Assembly: GCF_006345805.1 (NCBI RefSeq)
Contig: NC_042997.1
Span: 69,502,001 to 69,566,000 of the forward strand
Reading direction: 5' to 3'
DNA: 64,000 nucleotides
Source of the DNA: Octopus sinensis
Lineage: Eukaryota
How positions within the stretch are numbered: position 1 is the first letter of the stretch; each line of letters opens with the position of its first letter. Below the pieces are notes generated by a model. The model was given only the letters and a program-made list of their open reading frames with translations. It made no database searches and was not told the DNA's origin. Below, in pieces: positions 54,037 through 64,000 of the stretch. Both the position numbers and the translations under genes were made by a program.

Positions 54037-56214
54037 AGACATTTTTCGATCTCTGCTATCTCCACTCTTTCCAGTTTCTTTGTACTTTTGTCCTGGGTTC
54101 TATACGTTACAGTTTTGTTTTCTTTGTCCTCTTTTGCTTTCGCGGGGGGGATTAGCTTCACGCTATCACCCTCCCTTTTGAATAGCTTTTCGTATTCTTT
54201 GAGTTTATTCTTCTCAAAGAAAACATCCTTCACGACTATCGAGCAATCATTACTTCTCTTTCCCGTGACCCCCGCGTAAGTCGCCATGACTAGAGGGTCA
54301 ATTCACCTTCTTCGGAAGGTTTCCACACGTAGAGGCAAACGCCTCGCGCGATAATTATCAATTTACACAACAAAATTCCTGTCTAGTCACAGATAACAAC
54401 ACACTTGGGTAAATTTCCGCCGTGGGATTTTATTACTACCCACAAGGGGCGAACATAGAGGGGACAATACAATCGAGGAACTTAAAATAAGAAAGCGAAA
54501 TAACAAGAAAAGGAAAAAATTAAAAGTAAAAAATGACATATGAAAGAATATTTACAATGAGATGTAAATGCCCACTCGATCCCCGAAATCGAGAGGTTAC
54601 ATTTTCGTCACATATATTTTACAATATTTTCTTTTTTTTTTTTTTTTTCTTCTTTCTTCTCTCTCTTCTCACAATTTTATACGTATTCCATAATACCTTT
54701 CAAGTCTCTAAAGTCAATCACTGAGCCCTCAGGCAGCCGCTCTTTCATTCGAACACCCGTGTAAAAAATTACACTCTCTCCAGCTGCTCTGAGGAACTCA
54801 GCGACTCTTTCTTCGGGGATCAGAGCAGTCTCCTGCCACTGATCAGTCATCCTGTTGACCCACACATGTCCCTCCGTACTACATGTCAATTCCTTCATTT
54901 CAGGGGTGAAATGGAAGGTTATTAACTTGTAGTAATCTTGTTTTCGTCCTACGTTTTCCCTCGTTTTTCTTTTCGGGCTTACTTCTTCCTTGTTCTCCTC
55001 TCTTTGTTTCTCTCTTTCTCTCTTTTTGCTTTCTTTTCTTTCTTCTTCCTTCTCTTGTCTTTTTGGTTCTTTGTCTGTTCTCTCTTTCTCTCGTGTTTTA
55101 TGTTCCTTTTCTTTTTCTTTTTGTGTGCCGTCTTTTCTTTTCGTTTGATTCTGATCTCTCTCTTGTTTTTTTCCTGTTGTTTCTTTTTCCTTTTTCTTTT
55201 CCTGACTCTGTTTTGGTTCCATTTCTTTCTTTTCTTTTATATCTTTTTCTTTCGTTGACTTATTATTTCCTTTCTCTTGTTGTTTTGTCTCCTTTTCTAT
55301 GTTTTCTTTTTCATTTACCTTATTCTTCCTTTCTTCAAGTTCCTGCTCGTACTCCGCTATGAATTCGTATAGCGGGCACTCTTTTTTAATGTGCCCCCTT
55401 GTCCCGCACAAGTAGCAGTTTGGCTTTCTACCCTCTACAATTACACTGAGGGTTTTCTCGTCTTCGATTTCTATTCTGTAGGGGAACCTTTCAATGTCCT
55501 CTTTTGTGGCCATCAAACACAGTTCTACCCCATATCCTCTCCAGTTTACTGCATTGGACTCCTTAAAGGATTCCACCTCCACTTCCTCTTCTGCTGCTCC
55601 CAGAATAGCTGTTGCCAGCCACTCTGTTTTTATTTCTGGGGGTATATTCGGGATTTTAACCCGGACCCCTCTTCTTCCCTTGTATGAGGGCCACATTATG
55701 AATGTTTCCGCTCTTAGAACAGTGGTAGCCAGTGAGGCTGCAATTTCTTCCGTTGCACATCTCACCTCCACCGTACCAAATTTTTTTCCTCTACTCACGT
55801 AGGTCGATTTATCCATTATGTCTCCCAGACATTTTTCGATCTCTGCTATCTCCACTCTTGCCAGTTTCTTTGTACTTTTGTCCTGGGTTCTATACGTTAC
55901 AGTTTTGTTTTCTTTGTCTCTTTTGCTTTCGCGGGGGGGATTAGCTTCACGCTATCACCCTCCCTTTTGAATAGCTTTTCGTATTCTTTGAGTTTATTCT
56001 TCTCAAAGAAAACATCCTTCACGACTATCGAGCAATCATTACTTCTCTTTCCCGTGACCCCCGCGTAAGTCGCCATGACTAGAGGGTCAATTCACCTTCT
56101 TCGGAAGGTTTCCACACGTAGAGGCAAACGCCTCGCGCGATAATTATCAATTTACACAACAAAATTCCTGTCTAGTCACAGATAACAACACACTTGGGTA
56201 AATTTCCGCCGTGG
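54037..56214 (-). mobile_element. Partial plus one complete type-B unit after the gap
   Basis: Near-identical to type-B units; junction motif ends at ~54425 and ~56214. Confidence 0.9.
54677..56076 (-). CDS. Type-B ORF1-like protein (~466 aa), near-intact copy
   Basis: 392-aa open frame 54677-55855, with ATG (MATYAG) at 56076 separated by one 1-nt deletion near 55917 (TGTCTC here vs TGTCCTC in other copies). Confidence 0.8.
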
Positions 56215-56948
56215 GTGAAAATCTTCTTTTTTCTCTACATTGTATACTTTATAGACAATAGGCTTTTCTTTAATTTAATTTTTTATTATCCATCTGGACT
56301 ATTCCATTTCTGCACGCTAATTTTATTTTTAATTTATTCTCATTCATGTGAAACCACTTATTCAAGTTCAAGTCATTGATGCAATTTTATATCAATTGCT
56401 ATTTTTACTTTTGTTATGTTACGATTATATTATACTTTAATTTGATTGTAATTATTACTTACTACATATAATTCAATTGTTATTATTATTTTTATTGTTA
56501 AAGTGAAAGTATCTGACATAAAATAGAGAAATGTTTTTGTTTCACTTTTAACACGTAATACTGAAATAGTGGAGAAGATATGATATTGCTATGGGCTCGC
56601 TCTAGGCAAGAAGTTGAACTTTTTTCCCATGAAACTACATGGACCCTAAGTATGGCATGTGTAAAATTTGAATGAAATTGGTTGAGTAGTTCTCAAGTTT
56701 TAGGGAAACACACAGACAGACAAACAGACAGACAGATAGGCAGACAGACACACATTCTCAGTTTTATATATATAAAGATATATATATATATATATAATAA
56801 AAATAAGCATCAATAATGTCTCCTCTTCTTGTTCCTTATTTTGATTATAATTATAATCACCCCACAGATTTTTATGGATAACACCATACAGAATTCTGGT
56901 GCATCTAAATTAAGTACCATATTCATTTGAATCTAAATTTTTGCTGAA

Positions 56949-56990
<42 letters not shown>

Positions 56991-57435
56991 ATATATTATA
57001 TATATATATATATATATCGTTGTTATTTTAAAGTGACGTAAGCCCAAAATGTTGCTTTTCCAGAAAACGAAAAAATAGTTTTACCATTCCATAGCAAAAC
57101 TTTTGTGTTATCTTGGCATCTGAAGCAGCTGGAGATACGACAGTTTGACCAAACGAACTAACTATTACAAGCAAAAATAAATACCGAAAAGAAATCGCGT
57201 TTGGCCAAATTTTGGACATAGAGAGAGGAGGAGAGATAGGGACAAAAGAGACACAGCAAAGTGAAGCAAGCAGACATGAATGTAGTAAGTTTGTCGTGTA
57301 GGAAACGATTCCTGTTGCACTAGCGTGCCGGAAGCAGATCAAGTATTTGTACACGGATGTATATGTATATGTGTGTCTATATATACATATATATATATAT
57401 ATACATATGTGTGTAAACATATGTGATAGATAGAC

Positions 57436-57517
<82 letters not shown>
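56215..57517. repeat. Second copy of the Helitron 5' part and flank (duplicate of 52648-53936)
   Basis: Near-identical collinear sequence ending in the same (GATA)n tract; Helitron 5' A|TC at 56778. Confidence 0.92.
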
Positions 57518-57823
57518 CAGCAATGTCAGAACGTAAGGTGTTGATAAAACATATTTAATTTCTTAGACTGCATTTTCTTGTTTGGGAACATCCTTCGTTA
57601 TTTTCGTCTGTAAAAGTATTCACTAATTAAACTTCAGTATCCTTTTCACTGCGAATAACTGCAAGTCTCCATTGTGTCTAATTTGAGAACATTCAGGACC
57701 AATAAATTAAGTAGCTTTCAAATTCGAGAATTAAATATATTTCTTTACTGAATTTACCCTTATTTTATGATTACCTATCTCAGAACGAGGTTCGAGGAGA
57801 CTATACTTATAATTATTATTATT

Positions 57824-57878
<55 letters not shown>

Positions 57879-58399
57879 AGTGTATGCCATCATGGTGACA
57901 CTGGGGTCAAATATACGAAGCCCAGTATACCCATCATGACTACCCGTCTGATAAGGGTACGCCAGGCATATGCATCACAACCATATGTGCGTGACATGGT
58001 GATCTCATATCAAGATAAATTGCACATGACCTTGCAGGTAGGGCCCAGTAAGAAATTTCTTCTGGTCGAGTAGCCCATCCCGCTCAAAAGGTCCCTGAAT
58101 AAAGATTGTCTAAGGATGTTGAACGAACCACCCATGTTTCCAAAGGTGAATCATCCAAACCTCTAAGAATTCCTTTCAACACACGGCTATGATACTTCCC
58201 CACTACTCCTGATCATGATCAGAGATGCACATATCGTCAGCTACTAAGGGACATGGTCAACTGGTTAAGGTCAAACAACTGACAAAGATATCTGAATATT
58301 TGCTGTAGCCCATCCGTTATACCAAGGCAAAACAATGTACATGATAACACTCCCAATCAGTTAAGATCAGAAGCCATGAGAGCCATTGTGTGGAACTCC

Positions 58400-60318
<1,919 letters not shown>

Positions 60319-60322
<4 letters not shown>

Positions 60323-62250
60323 AGTTTACTTCATGCCTGGACGGCCTACCACGGCTCTCCGTAACGGGCGCGAGATTCTATGAAGTGCCGATTACTGCCA
60401 CTGAAATAGTGAAGGCGATGAGCGATTGCACAAGTCGCAAATCGCCCGGTTTGGATGGTCTGCCCTACGAATTCTATATATTTATGCCAGATTTGTTTCG
60501 CATCCTCTTGGCAGACGTCTACATTAACTGGTGGCAAAACGAGAGAATTCCTAATGCTGTTGTCCGGGATGTGGTAACACTTAAGAGAAAGGACGTTGAC
60601 AACAGAGACGTGCTAGGAAATTTTCGGCCCATAACTCTGCTAAACACAGAGTTTAATATTTTGGCTGTCCTTGAAGTTGTCGGTTTCGGGCTTGTTTTCA
60701 GAGGTTGGTTTACTGCAATGCACAGTGGTACCTGCTCGGTGGTCAAAGTAAATAGCCACCTATCGGAACCGTTTAGTATCGCACGTTCGGTCCCTCTAGG
60801 CTGCCCGCTCTCACCTCTTCCTTATGTGCTGACACTCGAGTCACTGCTACGTAAGCTGGAACAGTCAAGAGGCCTCTCTTTCGAAATTGGACTCGAGAGG
60901 GCAATGTCGGCGTACATGGACGACGTCACCGTCATGGTGTCGGACGCCTCCGAAGTGGAGATGGTCGGTTTCATTGTAAGCGAATAGGAGTCGGTTACAG
61001 GGGCCAAAATCAACGCCGACAAGCCGGTGGGATTGCGACAGGGTACCTGGGGAGGCAAATCAATGCTGTCGGGTGCTGGACTGACGGACTAGTTAAACTA
61101 CTTGGCTCTGGTTTGGTCCCGACTTTCAGGTGGATAAGAAATGGGAAGAGGTAACAAACAGGGTGGCCTGTCTTACCCAGAAATGGGCAGAGAGGAATTA
61201 TCTCTGAAAAGTCGGACGGAGATGGCGAATACCTACATTGCCTCTATCGCTATTTATCGTGTGAACGTCGAGCCTTGCCCCAGTTACTGCTTCATTAGAT
61301 TGGAGCGTATCCTAGTAATTTTCTTGTGGAAAGGAATGGTCAGGCGGTCGGTCTGCTGCCAATTACCTTTGCGTGGCGGCTTAGGCACACCATGGCTTTT
61401 GATGCGCAGACACGCACTCAGGTTGCACCACCTACAACGGTTTCGAGAAAGTGAACGTGTGTGGGCTAGTTTGTAAGACACGCATTTCTGCTGCTCATCA
61501 CCTTAACGGGGCTGCAGCACTGGGTAACGGATAGGTCGAGACTGGGTGCCTGGCACTTAGAATGTCGTCAGGCGCTCACTGTCCTCTACAAGTCGGGCAA
61601 TAGGATGTTCCACTTTAGCTATATGCAGAAGATTAGTAACGGGAAGCGCAACGACGTCTTCGGGGAGACCCTAGGCGTCGACGAAGACGAACTGGCAAGT
61701 CTATTCCGGAGGACTTTCCGGTCGGGTACTATTATGGATAATTTTTAAATGTCTTTGGCCTGGCAGTGCTACTGGGGGAGGCGCTACCGGTTTGAGATAA
61801 ATTCTGTAGGCACGGATGTGCTGTCAGACGAGCTTGTCCGAGGTGCTCGCAGAGCGACGAAACTGTAATGCATGCACTAGTTCAGTGCCCGGGCATTGCT
61901 GATTTGTGGAGTTATGTCGAACAGCTGCTGTCGCGTGTGGGACGGATCCCTCTGTCAGCCGAATCCATAACATTGATTGTCCTGCCGCCCTCCTTTAATC
62001 GGGCAAGCAAAGCAGATTTTCCGGTGGCTGTGGCAAAAGAGGATGTCTTGTTGGCGAGGCAGAAAGGAATGAGGACAGAAACACTCCTCTTTGGTAAAGC
62101 CCTCATTGACTTTTTCAAGTTCCACTTGAAAAGGAAAGGGAGGGTGGAGAGGGAGGGGCTGTCCCCGAGTGAATTTATGAAAAGGTGAGTGAAAGTTGCG
62201 AAAATGACAAGAGTGAATGGTACCACTCCCAGTGTAGACCTGTGAGTCGG
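60319..62250 (+). mobile_element. Tx1/L1-group LINE RT and C-terminal fragment, decayed with internal deletion
   Basis: KSPGLDGLPYE, NFRPITLLNTE, GCPLSPLPY, AYMDDVT, GGLGTPWLLMRRHALRL, HALVQCP; homologous to ORF2 at 21.5-23.7 kb. Confidence 0.88.
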
Positions 62251-62384
62251 AAGAAAGGAGTTGGAGATGGCACTCGTCCTAGGTATTCAGGGTGATCTTG
62301 GATGGTGGAGTTCCTCGATTATCCCTAGAGATCCTCCTGTACCAGAGGGGGGGGGGCATCACTATCACTTTCCCCCCTCTTCTT

Positions 62385-63252
62385 CTAGTGTCGTATTCTA
62401 TGTACAGCAGACTGTTAGAAGTGAGTTTTTTGAACGATCTTGTGTACTTTGCCTCCGGAATGTCACGCAAGAGCATTCAGCAAAAGTCCCCCATGATGCT
62501 GAGGTTCCATTTGCCTTGGTAGTTGCTCTCAATCTTAGTAATATCTTGTTGGAACCTTTCACTATGCTCATCACTCACTGCTCTGAGCTTCGGCGGGAAG
62601 AATTTGAAGTAGGAGTGAAGAAGGTGAATTTTGAGCGACATTCGGCATCCCATATCCTCATAAGATTCTAACAACTTCTCGATACACTCTTGGTAATCTA
62701 GTACCCGTGTTACTAAGGAAGCCATGGCAGACTGACTTAAATGTTTCTCATGCTCTCAGTTCTTTTAAGGTAATAAGCTTCTCAAAGTCCTTATCCTTCA
62801 ACACCTCTCGGATCTAAGGTCCAACGGAGATGGCCTTCCTGAGCGTAGCAGAACTGCATGCACAAGTGTTGGAGGGTAGCGCAGTTTTGTCCATGGCCTT
62901 CACGAAATTCTTCATTAAACCAAGCTTGAAATGAAGAGGAGAACGAAGCATCTTGTTCATGTCCACCAGAGTAATATCCTAAATGAACCAGGACTACTTG
63001 ATTCGAGCATGTAGATGATCTAAAGTTACTATATGCTATTATATATCTGTTTCTTTATAAACATAAATCAGTCATCAAATATCTTACGCACCCTGTATAT
63101 GGTTGCGTGAATTGTTGCAAAACCATAAAAATGTACATCTGAAAAACTAGGGGTGATGAGTGAAAACTGGTTTTGTATCTGAAATCAGCACCCAAAAATT
63201 AGACTAGAACAACTATTTTTATGTTTGCTTCAATTTCTTTGTAAACCAGTGT
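62385..63252 (-). mobile_element. Decayed Chapaev3 (CMC)-like DNA transposon fragment
   Basis: PLHFKLGLMKNFVKAMD and MSLKIHLLHSY..FFP....VSDEHSERFQQDI...YQGKW motifs; possible CAGTG terminus at ~63250. Family name from recalled motifs. Confidence 0.6.
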
Positions 63253-63404
63253 TATTATTATGCTGGTCTTTTCAATAATTTCTTTCTATTTTCGCCATTC
63301 TTCTCTATCACATAGTGTGCAGTTGTATTGACATACGAAGCTTACATAGAAACATACATCAATACACACATATACATATAATACACGCGTGTATGTCTGT
63401 CTGA

Positions 63405-63656
63405 AGGTAAGGATAAAGTTACCTTCCTGAGTAATGTCGTTGCATAAGGACCGGTTTCCATGACGTATAAATTTCCCACCTGGTCGGGACGCCGGTCCGT
63501 CGCAGGACTACTCATTTTTGCCAGCTGAGTAGACTGTAGCAACGTGAAATGAAGTGTTTTATTCAAGAGCAGAACGCACTGCGTGCTCCAGGAACTGAAA
63601 CCACAATCTTACGATCATGAGTCCAACAGCCTAACCACTGAGCCACACGCTTCCAC
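63405..63656 (-). mobile_element. tRNA-derived SINE related to the family 1 head
   Basis: Minus-strand GCGTGTGGCTCAGTGGTTAGG...GGTTTCAGTTCC; shares CAGCTGAG...GCAACGTGAAAT with 800-1118. Confidence 0.75.
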
Positions 63657-64000
63657 TGTCTGTCTATTCTTATTATGAAAACGGTAAAACCCTCGATGCA
63701 CTATTATATCTCATGTGTGTAGAATCTTTATAAATTTCTCTCTCTCACACTCTCTCCCTTTCTCTCTCTCTCTCTTTCTCCACGTATTTCTCTCTTTCTG
63801 TCTCCAGCGATACACACACACTCGCATACACACACACAGACGTGTGTCAGGTACAAATAAATGCCAATTATTTCGACCTCATAGAATTAAAAGACTCTTT
63901 TGTTGTTTTATTTTGAGTTCTTATTTTTTTTTTTTACCTTTCCTCTCCAAGAATTTTTTCTTCTCTTTCTCTGGAACTGTTGAATTAATTGCAGTAAACA

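Noticed and set aside
26854-55362. Many plus-strand F/L/S-rich 'membrane protein' ORFs
   Set aside because: Antisense shadows of the purine-rich K/E-coding strand of the ORF1 units.
57878-58397. ~520-bp complex segment between (GA)n and (TTA)n, probably an interspersed repeat
   Set aside because: No diagnostic termini or coding motif visible, so left unclassified.

Overview
Repeat-dense, gene-poor animal DNA. The mix of (CATA)n/(TA)n/(GATA)n microsatellites and tRNA-headed SINEs suggests an octopus/cephalopod assembly (inference). I cannot support any host protein-coding gene. The dominant structure (21.3-52.6 kb, minus strand) is a head-to-tail train of non-LTR retroelements. It has one full-length Tx1/L1-group LINE (ORF1 with a CCHC knuckle, ORF2 with APE and RT; frameshifted), then 9 copies of a ~1.92-kb ORF1-only element (type A), then 5 copies of a related ~1.78-kb ORF1-only element (type B). 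All three share a ~50-nt 3' terminus, and a 12-bp motif (TTTCCGCCGTGG on +) lies at every junction and at both array ends. The whole train sits inside a ~1-kb non-autonomous Helitron, whose 3' hairpin/CTAG is at 20.8 kb and whose 5' TC/(CTGT)n end is at 53.2 kb. This looks like a Helitron-targeting, site-specific LINE with gag-only (HAL1/HeT-A-like) dependants. The array end and its flank are repeated after a 100-N gap, probably an assembly overlap. The flanks hold SINEs, a MITE, a second small Helitron, RTE, R4, mariner, Chapaev3-like and Tx1 fragments, and a minimal hammerhead-ribozyme motif.
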